Shown here: positions 9,155-18,273 of the stretch, in pieces
Layout: the number at the start of each line of letters is the position of its first letter
Numbering within the stretch: position 1 is the stretch's first letter
NCBI GenBank assembly: GCA_050015075.1
Contig: JBEKCB010000017.1
Location: forward strand, 34,498-98,497
Reading direction: 5' to 3'
DNA from: Candidatus Brocadiia bacterium
Lineage (GTDB): Bacteria; Planctomycetota; Brocadiia; CAIUPP01
DNA length: 64,000 bases
Notes under the pieces: model-generated
Databases searched by the model: none
What the model was told of the DNA's origin: nothing
Seen by the model: the letters and a program-made list of their open reading frames with translations, nothing else
Made by a program: the position numbers and the translations under genes

Positions 9155-9433
9155 CTACCGGCCAGTCATTCTTCGGAGATCGCTCGCCCCGACGCCGGGA
9201 GCGAAAGTCGCCAGTCGCATGACGATGGTGCGGTCCTTGTTGTTCAGGTGGAGGCCACGCACGGCGGCGACCATGTGCTCGAAGGAGCTGTATTCGTGTT
9301 CCTCGATTCCGGCGAGGACTGTCCAGTACAGCCGCCCGCTGCCCTCGCGGCGCAGTTGCTTCACATCGATGGTTACCGTGTTCGACTCCGTCGCGGGCGT
9401 CTCGACCACCTGCGTCCTCTTTCCTTCAGGCAT
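9155..9433 (-). CDS. Hypothetical protein
   Basis: 92-aa ORF co-oriented with the HARE-HTH gene; plausible codon usage. Confidence 0.5.
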   Translation of the reverse strand: MPEGKRTQVVETPATESNTVTIDVKQLRREGSGRLYWTVLAGIEEHEYSSFEHMVAAVRGLHLNNKDRTIVMRLATFAPGVGASDLRRMTGR

Positions 9434-9579
9434 CGTCGTCCCATTTCTGTAACCCGCCTACCATCAATGCTTTACACCAGACATGAGGGCATCCTTTTTG
9501 TCCGAATGCAAGGGGAAAATATGGAATTTCGCATGCCGCACGACGCGCGGCCATCCTGGGTTACGACGAGGAGACGGGA

Positions 9580-9912
9580 ATGACTCCCTGCGGCCGATGC
9601 GCGAATTGTCGGAACGGCGCGCCGGGGCTATGCCTGGCCCACTATTCTGGCCTGCTGGCAGTCACGAAGGGAGTGCCGCGCGACTACTGCGAATGCGGCA
9701 AGCCGTTGTACGAACGGGATCGTCTCTGCCCGGATTGCCGGCTCGCCCATCGGCGACGGACGAAACGCGACTATCAGCGACGTTGCCGACGTGGACAGTT
9801 TACGAAAAAAGGCCCTTTGTTTATTGGGCGAAAAGGGGCTGATTTGGCAGGGGGTGGTACTTTGACACTCGGAACATCGCGGATGCGCTGTAGCGTAGCG
9901 GAGAGCGCATGA
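9580..9912 (+). CDS. Cys-rich putative zinc-finger protein
   Basis: CxxCxxC, CECG and CPDC motifs; GGAG SD; ATGA overlap with the AlpA gene. Confidence 0.5.
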   Translation: MTPCGRCANCRNGAPGLCLAHYSGLLAVTKGVPRDYCECGKPLYERDRLCPDCRLAHRRRTKRDYQRRCRRGQFTKKGPLFIGRKGADLAGGGTLTLGTSRMRCSVAESA

Positions 9913-10178
9913 CTGGGATCGGCACAATCGAGTGCGTGGCAAGTGGGCCGGCGCTGTCGCCGCTGCTGCTGGACGCGAAACGAACCGCCGAACTGTTGGG
10001 ATGGTCCGTGTCGCACGTCTGGCGGCAACACGCGGCGGGCTTGATGCCAGCGCCGATGCACTCTGGCCGCCTTACGCAGTGGCGCCGCCGCGAACTGGAA
10101 GCATGGATTGACGCCGGAATGCCGCCGCGCGACAGGTGGATTTGGCCCGCGCCGGCGAATCTGACAAATAGGACTTGA
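9909..10178 (+). CDS. AlpA-family regulator/excisionase
   Basis: LLLDAKRTAELLGWSVSHVWRQHAAGLMPAP...WRRRELEAWI, directly upstream of the integrase. Confidence 0.8.
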   Translation: MTGIGTIECVASGPALSPLLLDAKRTAELLGWSVSHVWRQHAAGLMPAPMHSGRLTQWRRRELEAWIDAGMPPRDRWIWPAPANLTNRT

Positions 10179-10228
10179 TTTCGTGCGAAACACATTGTAG
10201 CACTGAGCCAGGAGGAGGAAACAGAATC

Positions 10229-11989
10229 ATGGTTCGATACTTCCGCAGATGGTGGGTGGACGAAGAGGGAAAGAAACGGATCGCCCGGATTGTCAAGGAA
10301 GCGAACGCGGCTCGCGAGACGGCTCGGGCGACGATCCGTGAGCCTGACCTCCTGGATGCCAGACTCGCGGAGATCAAGGAGCGGCAGGTTCTTCTGACGA
10401 AAAAGGCCAGGCGGTGGAGCAAGAAGACCACGATCATCTTCAAGGACCTGGCTGGCGATGTTCACCGCTTGGAGGGGTTCACGGATGATCGCGTGACGCA
10501 GAGTTTCTGCACGAACCTTGAGCACCTCATTGACCGTGCGAGCTGCGGCGAGGCGCTTGACGCAGACCTGGTTCGGTGGGTTCAGAAGCTTCCTGCGGAG
10601 ACGCGCAAGCTTCTGGCAGAAGTCCATCTCTTGGACGCCGGCAGGGCAGCCGGAGCCCGGGCGCTCGTTGACCAGGTGGAGGAGTTCCGCGCGGCGCTCG
10701 TTGCCAAGGGGGCCACGGCCGCACATGCGCAGTTGACCGCCAACCGCGCCAAGGCCGTGGTCGAGGGGTGCGGCTTCAAGGGTTACGCGGATGTCTCGCC
10801 GGCGAAAGTTCTCTCGTACCTCGCGGGCATCCGCTCAGAACACTTCGCCGGCGGCAGGAAGCGGAAGGGCGTGGGTCTCCAAAGTTCGAACTGGTATCTT
10901 CAGGCGGTTAAGGGATTCTGCAAGTGGATGATCCGCGAGCGGCGCGCAACGGACAATCCGATCGCCCACTTGGAGGGGTTCAACGTGCGAGTAGACCGTC
11001 GGCACGATCGGCGCGCGCTGACGCTGGACGAATGCCGGAGGCTCATCGGGACGACGCAGAAGAGCGGCAAGACGATCCTGCAAATGGCCGGCTCGGAGCG
11101 GTCGCTGCTCTACCGGTTCGCGCTGGAAACCGGCCTGCGCTGGAATGAGTTGCGGACGCTGAAGTGCGGTAATTTCACCCTTGCCGGGGATGCGCCGACC
11201 GTCACCGTTGAGGCGGCGTATTCGAAGCATCGGCGCGAGGATCGGCAACCGCTGCGGCGAGAGACGGCGGCGCTCCTGGCCGACTACCTCGCCGGCAGCG
11301 ATGCCCGTGCACCCGCCTTCGGGATGGGTTCAGCGTGCAACAAGGCTGTGCGGATGATTCAGGCCGACCGCTTGGCCGCGCGGACTGCCTGGCTGCGGGA
11401 GGCGCTGCCCGACGTGGACGAACTCAAGCGACGCGCGAAGACGGACTTCCTTCGGTACAAGGACGCGGCTGGCCGCGTAATGGACTTCCACGCGCTGCGG
11501 CATACGTTCATAACGAACCTCTGCGCCGCTGGTGTCCATCCGAAGGTCGCGCAGGCGCTCGCGCGACATTCAACGATTAGCCTCACGATGGACAGGTACA
11601 CTCACCTGAGCGTTGATCGTGCGGCGGACGGTCTCATGGCGCTCCCGTCGTTGGACGCTCCGAAGGCCGAGGCGGCAGAAATTCGGAAGACCGGCACGGA
11701 TGACGTTGCGCTCGTGAAGGCACCCGCTCCGGCGGGAACCACTGCACGTTTTCTGCAACGGGACCGGATTTTCACCGCGATTTCTGGCCATTCTGGGACA
11801 CAGAACGGCGATTCGGAAAGGGAGCTTGAAACGAGCGGAATAGGCGCGAAAACGCTAGAGAATCCGCGCGTTTCCACGCGGTCCGAATTGGAGGCGGCGC
11901 CCGGATTCGAACCGGGGATGACGGTTTTGCAAACCGTTGCCTTCATCCACTTGGCGACGCCGCCTCGCGCGGACCGAACTGCGGAATAG
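10229..11989 (+). CDS. int: Tyrosine recombinase/integrase
   Basis: TGLRWNEL, SKHRR, DFHALRHTF, LARHSTISLTMDRYTH (R-K-H-R-H-Y); GGAGGAGG SD before ATG 10229. Confidence 0.95.
   Translation: MVRYFRRWWVDEEGKKRIARIVKEANAARETARATIREPDLLDARLAEIKERQVLLTKKARRWSKKTTIIFKDLAGDVHRLEGFTDDRVTQSFCTNLEHLIDRASCGEALDADLVRWVQKLPAETRKLLAEVHLLDAGRAAGARALVDQVEEFRAALVAKGATAAHAQLTANRAKAVVEGCGFKGYADVSPAKVLSYLAGIRSEHFAGGRKRKGVGLQSSNWYLQAVKGFCKWMIRERRATDNPIAHLEGFNVRVDRRHDRRALTLDECRRLIGTTQKSGKTILQMAGSERSLLYRFALETGLRWNELRTLKCGNFTLAGDAPTVTVEAAYSKHRREDRQPLRRETAALLADYLAGSDARAPAFGMGSACNKAVRMIQADRLAARTAWLREALPDVDELKRRAKTDFLRYKDAAGRVMDFHALRHTFITNLCAAGVHPKVAQALARHSTISLTMDRYTHLSVDRAADGLMALPSLDAPKAEAAEIRKTGTDDVALVKAPAPAGTTARFLQRDRIFTAISGHSGTQNGDSERELETSGIGAKTLENPRVSTRSELEAAPGFEPGMTVLQTVAFIHLATPPRADRTAE
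11889..11964 (-). tRNA. trnC: tRNA-Cys(GCA) with encoded CCA
   Basis: GGCGGCGTCGCCAAGTGG...ACGGT-TTGCAAA-ACCGT...GGTTCGAATCC...CGCCGCC-TCCA; upstream TTGCAA-N17-TATCCT (12020-11992). Confidence 0.95.
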
Positions 11990-12024
11990 TCAGGATAACC
12001 GACGGCGCGGAAAGTTGCAAGCCA

Positions 12025-12354
12025 TCAGGTTTTGTCGGCGGGCAGGTAGGGCGTCTTGATAAAGATCACCCGCGCGGGTCCGCCGGCTTCGTTGCAGAGG
12101 TCGTGTCGTTCCGGCGGTTCCAGCCGGAAAACGTCGCCCGGCCCGGTCCGGATCCTTCGGCCGTCCACAACCAGGGTCGGGGTCCCCTCGAGGACGTAAA
12201 AAGTTTCCTCGACTTCCTTGTGCCCGTGCTCGCCCATCGCCTGGCCCGGCTTGAGCAGGATCAGGCCCCAGTCGAGTTTCGGGCCGCGCATGAAATACTT
12301 CACGCCCCAATCGCCGCCGCGGAATTCGCAATCGCGCTCGTTGACCTTCTGCAT
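12025..12354 (-). CDS. Cupin-domain protein
   Basis: PGQAMGEHGHKEVEETFYVLEG...GDVFRLEPPERH. Confidence 0.85.
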   Translation of the reverse strand: MQKVNERDCEFRGGDWGVKYFMRGPKLDWGLILLKPGQAMGEHGHKEVEETFYVLEGTPTLVVDGRRIRTGPGDVFRLEPPERHDLCNEAGGPARVIFIKTPYLPADKT

Positions 12355-12374
12355 GGTTTGCCTCCGGGGATTCC

Positions 12375-13499
12375 TCAAATCGTTTTTCGGAGAATCTCGA
12401 CGAGGTCCGCGTCAGTCGGGACCCGCGGGTTGTTCGCCGTGCTGCCGCTGCGACTCTCAGCGAGGATCCGCGGAAACGCAGATTCCTCGACGCCGAATCT
12501 CTCGAGCCCGCCGGTGATGCCGACGCGGCGGTTCAGCGCGTTCAGCGCCGCCGGGACCTCGCGGCCGGACTTGCAGCCGATCCGCTCCGCGATCCGGTCG
12601 AACTTCTCCGGCTGCGCGGGCAGATTGAACTCGCACACCTGCGGCAGCAGCAGCGCGCAGGCCAGCCCATGCGGCACGTGAAAGAGCGCGCCGACCGGGT
12701 GCGCCAGGCCATGGACCGCGCCCAGCGCCGCGTTCGTGAATGCGAGGCCCGTCAGCAGGCTGCCGAGCGCCACCGGTTCGCGGTTCTCGATCTTCGAGCC
12801 GTCCTCGACCGCCGCCGGAAGATGCCGCGCGAGAAGCTCGATCGCCTGGAGCGCCAGCGCGTCCGACGCCGGGTTCGCGATACGGCCGACGAAGCACTCG
12901 ATCGCTTGCGTCAGCGCGTCCATGCCGCTCTGGGCGGTGACGTCCGGCGGAAGAGCCAGCGTCAACTCCGGGTCCACCAGCGCCGCCTGCGGCACCATGA
13001 ACTCGTGCCGGATTCCCTTCTTGGTCTGCGTCACCTCGTCAGTGAGAACGGAGACGCGCGTGCATTCGGAGCCTGTGCCCGCCGTCGTGGGCGCGGCGGC
13101 GAAGAAGAGCGACGGCCTTTCGAGATTGCGCTGCCCGCGGAAGAACTCGCGAACCGTGAAAGACTGCGGCAGCATCGCCGCGACGATCTTGCCCGCGTCG
13201 AGCGCGCTGCCGCCGCCGATCGAGACGACCATGTCGCAGCCGGCATCGCGCGCAGCGGCGATGGCGCGGTCGCACGTGGCCAGGCTCGGGTCGTTCTCGA
13301 CGCCCTCGAAAAGCCGCACGGCGATTCCCGCGGCCGCCAGCATCTCTTCCGCCTGCGCCAGTTTGCCGGAGCGGCGCAGCGCCGAGCGGCCCGTCACCAG
13401 CAGCGTGCGCCGGCCGTTTCCTCGGCAGACCTCGCCGAGGCGCGAAAACGTCCCCGTCCCGAACAGAATCTTCCTGGGGAAAACCAAGTCGAATTTCAT
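12375..13499 (-). CDS. Iron-containing alcohol dehydrogenase
   Basis: GGGSALDAGK, PTTAGTGSE, DALTQAIE, HGLAH, HG motifs. Confidence 0.9.
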   Translation of the reverse strand: MKFDLVFPRKILFGTGTFSRLGEVCRGNGRRTLLVTGRSALRRSGKLAQAEEMLAAAGIAVRLFEGVENDPSLATCDRAIAAARDAGCDMVVSIGGGSALDAGKIVAAMLPQSFTVREFFRGQRNLERPSLFFAAAPTTAGTGSECTRVSVLTDEVTQTKKGIRHEFMVPQAALVDPELTLALPPDVTAQSGMDALTQAIECFVGRIANPASDALALQAIELLARHLPAAVEDGSKIENREPVALGSLLTGLAFTNAALGAVHGLAHPVGALFHVPHGLACALLLPQVCEFNLPAQPEKFDRIAERIGCKSGREVPAALNALNRRVGITGGLERFGVEESAFPRILAESRSGSTANNPRVPTDADLVEILRKTI

Positions 13500-13619
13500 T
13501 GGGCGTCTTCCTGTCCCGGGCTGATTTCCAATGGCGGCGATTATACTACATTCCCGACCGCGATGAGTCACAAGAATTCAGGTTTTCAGAAGGGCTGCAT
13601 GAACGGCGCAAGGAACGGG

Positions 13620-13644
13620 CTAGTTGACCTGCCAAGTCGGGTAT
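13620..13644 (+). promoter_or_regulatory. IscR/Rrf2 type-1-like operator upstream of cysK
   Basis: cTAGTTGACctgccaAGTCGGGTAT compared with ATASYYGACTRwwwYAGTCRRSTAT; an Rrf2 gene lies in the same operon. Confidence 0.65.
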
Positions 13645-13681
13645 GTTAGATTGGATAAATTATCCAGCGAAAGGAACTTCC

Positions 13682-14611
13682 ATGGCGAAGTGCGCGCTCA
13701 ATATTCTCGAACTGGTCGGCGACACGCCGATTGTTCGGCTGAACCGCCTGCCGGGACCGAAAGACGCCACCGTCTGGGCGAAGCTGGAGTCGTTCAACCC
13801 GATGTCCTCGGTTAAGGACCGCATCTGCCTGGCGATGATCGAGGCCGCCGAGAAGGAAGGGAAGCTCAAGAATGGCATGACGGTCGTCGAGCCCACGAGC
13901 GGGAACACCGGCATCGGCCTGGCCATGGTCGCGACGGTTAAAGGCTATCGGCTGATCCTCACCATGCCCGATACGATGTCCGTCGAGCGGCGAAAACTGC
14001 TGAAGGCGCTCGGGGCGGAATTGGTCCTGACGTCCGGCGCCGAAGGGATGCCCGGCGCCATCCGCAAAGCCGAGGAACTGGTCGCGTCGAGCCGGGATTA
14101 CTACATGCCGCAGCAGTTCAACAATCCGGCCAACCCGGAGGCGCATCGGTGTACGACTGCGCTGGAGATCCTTGAGCAGATGGACGGCAAGGTGGACGCG
14201 TTCGTGGCCGGCATCGGCACCGGCGGCACGATCACCGGCGTGGGAGAAATATTGAAGAAGCGGATCCCGACGGTGCAGATCATCGCCGTCGAGCCGGCCG
14301 CCTCGCCGGTGTTGAGCGGCGGCCCGCCGGGCCGGCATCGCATCCAGGGCATCGGCGCGGGCTTCGTGCCGGCGGTGTTCAACCGCAGTATCGTGGACCG
14401 CATCATTCCTGTGCCCGATGAGCAGGCGGCGGAGACGGCGCGCCGGCTGGCGCGGGAAGAAGGCATCTTTGCGGGCATCTCCTCCGGCGCCGCGGCCTTC
14501 GCGGCGCTGCAGGTCGCCCGCGAGCTGGGCAGCGGAAAGAACCTCGTCGTCCTGCTGCCGGATACCGGAGAGCGATACCTGAGCACGGACCTTTTCGAGG
14601 CGATGGCGTAA
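13682..14611 (+). CDS. cysK: Cysteine synthase A
   Basis: [44 protein letters not shown]. Confidence 0.95.
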   Translation: MAKCALNILELVGDTPIVRLNRLPGPKDATVWAKLESFNPMSSVKDRICLAMIEAAEKEGKLKNGMTVVEPTSGNTGIGLAMVATVKGYRLILTMPDTMSVERRKLLKALGAELVLTSGAEGMPGAIRKAEELVASSRDYYMPQQFNNPANPEAHRCTTALEILEQMDGKVDAFVAGIGTGGTITGVGEILKKRIPTVQIIAVEPAASPVLSGGPPGRHRIQGIGAGFVPAVFNRSIVDRIIPVPDEQAAETARRLAREEGIFAGISSGAAAFAALQVARELGSGKNLVVLLPDTGERYLSTDLFEAMA

Positions 14612-14657
14612 GACGGAACGGAACGAGTGGTCGGTTACACAAGAAATGACAGGCCGT

Positions 14658-14742
14658 GTCACCCTGAGCGAAGCGAAGGGTCTCACACCATGAACCGTTG
14701 CAGGCCGTTGCGTATGAGATTCCTCGCTGCGCTCGGAATGAC
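14658..14742. repeat. REP/MITE-like palindromic element
   Basis: gtcaccctgagcgaagcgaagggtctc ... gagattcctcgctgcgctcggaatgac imperfect inverted arms. Confidence 0.75.
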
Positions 14743-14787
14743 GATCTTATCAGTTCGCGTGTAACGAAACACCAGGGAATTCAGGAC

Positions 14788-15990
14788 ATGGCAAAGACCA
14801 TCCAAGAGATCAACGAGAAAATCCGCAAGGGCCAGGTGGTCGTTGTGGACGCCGAGGAGGTCATCGAGATCGTCGCCGAGAAGGGCGCGAAGAAGGCGGC
14901 GCAGGAAGTGGACGTCGTGACGACCGGAACGTTCGGACCGATGTGCTCTTCGGGCGCATTCCTGAACACCGGCCACACCAAGCCGCGCTGCAAGTTCGCG
15001 CGAGCCTGGCTCAATAACATCAACGCGTATGCCGGGCTCGCGGCCGTGGATATCTACATCGGCGCCACCGAACTGCCCGCCGGCGATCCGGCCAACAGTG
15101 TCTTCCCCGGCAAGTTCGAGTACGGCGGCGGGCACGTGATCGAGGACCTCGTCGCCGGCAAGGACGTGGAACTGCGCGCCGAGGCGTATCCGACGGACTG
15201 CTATCCGCGCAAGGAAGTCCGGTCGCGCATCTGCCTGAAGGACCTCAACCAGGCGGTGCTCACCAACCCGCGCAACGTGTACCAGAACTACAACGTGGCG
15301 GTGAACCGCGACGCCAAGCGCGTCCTCTACACCTACATGGGCCTGCTCCAGCCGAACATGGGCAATGCCAATTACTGCTCGGCCGGCCAGCTCAGTCCGC
15401 TGCTGAACGACCCGCTCTACCGCACCATCGGCCTGGGCACGCGCATCTTCCTCGGCGGAGGCGTCGGTTATGTCTGGTGGGAAGGCACTCAGCACGCGCC
15501 GGCGGCCGCCCGCGCGCCGAACGGCGCGCCGCTCGCGCCGGCCGGAACGCTGGCCGTCTGCGGCGACCTTAAGGGGATGAACCCTCGCTGGATCAAGGGC
15601 GTCTCGCTCGTCGGCTACGGCGTCAGCCTCGCCGTCGGCGTCGGGATCCCGATCCCGATCCTCGACGAGGAAACGATGCGCTACTGCGCAGTCAGCGACG
15701 CGGACCTCGTCGCGCCCATCGTGGATTACTCCACCGACTATCCGCAATGCGTCCCGGGCAACCTCGGCACGGTGAGCTACAAGGAACTCAAGAGCGGCAA
15801 GATCACGGTGAACGGGAAGGCGATCCCCACGGCCGGACTTTCCAGCTATGCCCGCGCGAAAGAGATCGCCACGGTCCTCAAGGACTGGATCAAGAAGGGC
15901 GAGTTCCTCCTGACGCAGCCCGTGTCGCCGCTTCCGGGACTGGAGAGCGGCCAGAAATGCAAGCCGTTCGTCGAGCGGCCGCCGGTCTGA
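14788..15990 (+). CDS. Homocysteine biosynthesis protein (DUF39, L-aspartate-semialdehyde sulfurtransferase, MA1821-like)
   Basis: KTIQEINEKI, VDVVTTGTFGPMCSSGA, AYPTDCYPR, NPRN.YQNY, SAGQLSPLLNDP. Confidence 0.9.
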   Translation: MAKTIQEINEKIRKGQVVVVDAEEVIEIVAEKGAKKAAQEVDVVTTGTFGPMCSSGAFLNTGHTKPRCKFARAWLNNINAYAGLAAVDIYIGATELPAGDPANSVFPGKFEYGGGHVIEDLVAGKDVELRAEAYPTDCYPRKEVRSRICLKDLNQAVLTNPRNVYQNYNVAVNRDAKRVLYTYMGLLQPNMGNANYCSAGQLSPLLNDPLYRTIGLGTRIFLGGGVGYVWWEGTQHAPAAARAPNGAPLAPAGTLAVCGDLKGMNPRWIKGVSLVGYGVSLAVGVGIPIPILDEETMRYCAVSDADLVAPIVDYSTDYPQCVPGNLGTVSYKELKSGKITVNGKAIPTAGLSSYARAKEIATVLKDWIKKGEFLLTQPVSPLPGLESGQKCKPFVERPPV

Positions 15991-16021
15991 AGAACAGATG
16001 AGAAGCTGAAGGAGTTCGGTC

Positions 16022-16429
16022 ATGGCCAGCGAAAAAGTCGTCCTCAAGTTCCCGCCGCACATCGTCCGCGAGCCGATCGTGTACCATCTGATCAAGGACT
16101 ACGACCTGCGCGTGAGCATCATGCGGGCCAGCATCAACCCCGATGAAGCCGGCCAGATGGTCCTGGCGATCGAGGGGAACAAGAAGCAGCTCGAGGCGGG
16201 ACGCGAGTACCTCGAGAGGAAAGGCGTGCTGCTGCAGCCGCTTTCGAAGGACGTGCTCTGGCGTGAAGACCGGTGCGTGCATTGCACGGCGTGCATCTCG
16301 GTCTGCCCGACGGCGGCGCTCCAGGTGAACCGGTCCACCATGATCGTGTCGTTCGACAGCGACAAGTGCATCGGGTGCGAGCTGTGCATCCCGGTGTGCA
16401 TTTACAAGGCGATGGAGATCCAGTTCTAA
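16022..16429 (+). CDS. NIL-domain 2[4Fe-4S] ferredoxin (MA1822-like)
   Basis: N-terminal NIL domain plus CVHCTACISVCP and CIGCELCIPVC. Confidence 0.9.
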   Translation: MASEKVVLKFPPHIVREPIVYHLIKDYDLRVSIMRASINPDEAGQMVLAIEGNKKQLEAGREYLERKGVLLQPLSKDVLWREDRCVHCTACISVCPTAALQVNRSTMIVSFDSDKCIGCELCIPVCIYKAMEIQF

Positions 16430-16905
16430 TGCGCTTATCCACGAGAGGTCGTTACGGTCTGCGGGCGATGATGGACATCGCGATTTACGGCGCCGAGGGG
16501 CCGGTCAATCTCAAGGAAATCTCCGCGCGGCAGGAAATCTCCGTGGATTACCTGGAGCAACTCCTGCGTCGCCTGCGGACAGCGGGGCTCGTGCGGAGCG
16601 TCCGCGGGCCGCACGGCGGCTTTGCGCTGGCGAAGCCGTCGGAGAAGGTTCACGTGTGGGAAATCCTCGCGGCGCTGGAGCCGGACATCGCCCCGGTGTT
16701 CTGCGTGGATGAGAAACTCCTCGCCCGCGTGCCGAAGAAGCGCTGCAAGCGGATGAGCCGCTGCGCGACGCACCTCCTCTGGCTTGGCCTTGCGGAACAG
16801 ATGCGCGCCTATCTGCAAAGCAGGTCGCTCCACGACCTCGTCGAGTCCAGCGCTCGAATCTGCAATGAGTCCACACCGGGCGAGCCGGTGACCTTCCAGA
16901 TCTGA
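16429..16905 (+). CDS. Rrf2-family (IscR/CymR-like) regulator
   Basis: MRLSTRGRYGLRAM...YLEQLL...SVRGPHGGF, with three C-terminal Cys and a His. Confidence 0.9.
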   Translation: MRLSTRGRYGLRAMMDIAIYGAEGPVNLKEISARQEISVDYLEQLLRRLRTAGLVRSVRGPHGGFALAKPSEKVHVWEILAALEPDIAPVFCVDEKLLARVPKKRCKRMSRCATHLLWLGLAEQMRAYLQSRSLHDLVESSARICNESTPGEPVTFQI

Positions 16906-16989
16906 GTGCGGAGTGCGGAGTGAACGAACGGCAGTATGTGCTCCAGTCCGCAATCCGCCTTCAGCATTCCGCAATCCACAGTCGCACTC
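16904..16989. repeat. Heptamer (TGCGGAG/TCCGCAA) inverted repeat element
   Basis: gagtgcg-gagtgcg-gagtg ... gtccgca-atccgcc-ttcagca-ttccgca-atccaca. Confidence 0.6.
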
Positions 16990-17050
16990 TGTTGACCGAA
17001 CCTCCTGAACGGGATAGGATACGGCTTGGCAGCCGCGTCCGAAGAATCAC

Positions 17051-17124
17051 GGGCCCATAGCTCAGTTGGATAGAGCGGCGGACTCATAATCCGTTGGTCC
17101 CCCGTTCGAATCGGGGTGGGCCCA
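17051..17124 (+). tRNA. tRNA with CAU anticodon, most likely tRNA-Ile2 (lysidine type); CCA not encoded
   Basis: GGGCCCA acceptor stem, GCGGA-CTCATAA-TCCGT anticodon arm, TTCGAA T loop; promoter TTGACC-N17-TAGGAT (16992-17020). Confidence 0.9.
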
Positions 17125-17194
17125 TTTATGCCTATGTCGAATGCTTAATGGAGCAGGGCTTCCGCGTGCTTTCGGGGCGAGGGGAGGAAACAAG

Positions 17195-18217
17195 ATGGGC
17201 ATACATCGGTCATCGCTGAAACGTTCCGTGCGCATTCTGACTGGGGCGGCGCTGGGCGCGCTTTGTTTCGGCTTCGGGTCTTCCGCCGGCGACCGGCCGG
17301 CGATGCCGGCCGTGACTCAACCGGTATTGTTCAATACGCCCGAGGCCGATAAAATCCTCGTCGCGCTGCAGGTGTTCCCGCCCGACAATCCCTGGAACGA
17401 GGACATCTCGAAACTCCCCGTCCTCAAGAACTCTGAAGCGATGATCGCGACGATCGGGCCGCAGAAGAAGTTGGCATATAACCTCGATATGAACTTCGTC
17501 CTGGTCCCGGGCGACCAGGAGCGCGTCGAGGCGAAAATCCTGGGCTATCCGGGTGAATCGGATAAAGGCCCGTACCCGATTCCCGACAACGCGCCGATCG
17601 AGGGCTGGCCGCTGGACGGGCGCACGCTCGCCGCCGCGCAGACCGGTACGGAAGACACAGACCGGCACATGATCGTCGTGGACCCGGTGAACCGCATGCT
17701 CTATGAGTTCTACCAGGGGCGCAAGACCGCCACCGGTTGGACGTGCACCAGCGCGGCGGTCTTCGACCTGAAGTCGAACAAACTCCGGCCCGACGGCTGG
17801 ACTTCGACCGACGCGGCCGGACTGCCGATCTTCCCGGCGATCATTCGCTACGACGAGGTCGAGCGCGGTATGGTCGAACACGCGATGCGCTTCACGGTGA
17901 GGCACACGCGCCGGACGTACGTTTATCCGGCCACACATTTCGCCAGCAGGAATCCGGACCCGAATCTGCCGCGGATGGGCGAGCGGTTCAGACTGCGGGC
18001 GGATTTCGACATCACCGGCTTCTCGCCGCACATGCAGGCGATTCTCAAGGGGCTGAAGAAGTACGGCATGTTCGTGGCCGATAACGGCGGCGACTGGCGC
18101 ATCTCCGTCGCGCCGGACACGCGAATCAAGGGGCTGAACGAACTGCGAAAGTTGAAAGGCTCGGATTTCGAGGTTGTCGAGCCGACCGGGCCGAACGAGG
18201 GTCCGCGGGCGAAATGA
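17195..18217 (+). CDS. Conserved secreted hypothetical protein
   Basis: Signal peptide; FPPDNPWNEDIS, DRH, GWTSTDAAGLP, HAMRFT, YGMFVADNG motifs. Confidence 0.75.
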   Translation: MGIHRSSLKRSVRILTGAALGALCFGFGSSAGDRPAMPAVTQPVLFNTPEADKILVALQVFPPDNPWNEDISKLPVLKNSEAMIATIGPQKKLAYNLDMNFVLVPGDQERVEAKILGYPGESDKGPYPIPDNAPIEGWPLDGRTLAAAQTGTEDTDRHMIVVDPVNRMLYEFYQGRKTATGWTCTSAAVFDLKSNKLRPDGWTSTDAAGLPIFPAIIRYDEVERGMVEHAMRFTVRHTRRTYVYPATHFASRNPDPNLPRMGERFRLRADFDITGFSPHMQAILKGLKKYGMFVADNGGDWRISVAPDTRIKGLNELRKLKGSDFEVVEPTGPNEGPRAK

Positions 18218-18273
18218 GCGTCGAGCGCGGAGCGTTCCATGCGGTTCAGGGCAAACTGCGGAGGGATGCGGCG

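Larger units (their letters stand above)
1..11964. mobile_element. Integrative element (phage-satellite/prophage-like) inserted at tRNA-Cys; left end lies outside the window
   Basis: Tyrosine integrase abutting and overlapping tRNA-Cys, AlpA-type gene, HTH plus prim-pol primase, HNH cargo, and AT-richer stretches. No second copy of the tRNA 3' end was seen in the window. Confidence 0.85.

Noticed and set aside
8420-9583. Long antisense ORFs (for example 8420..9583, 20396..22504, 49649..51979, 60263..62308)
   Set aside because: Shadow frames opposite well-supported genes in high-GC DNA, with no recognisable motifs.
17051-17124. Second integration site at the CAU tRNA
   Set aside because: No adjacent integrase or duplicated tRNA 3' end in the window.
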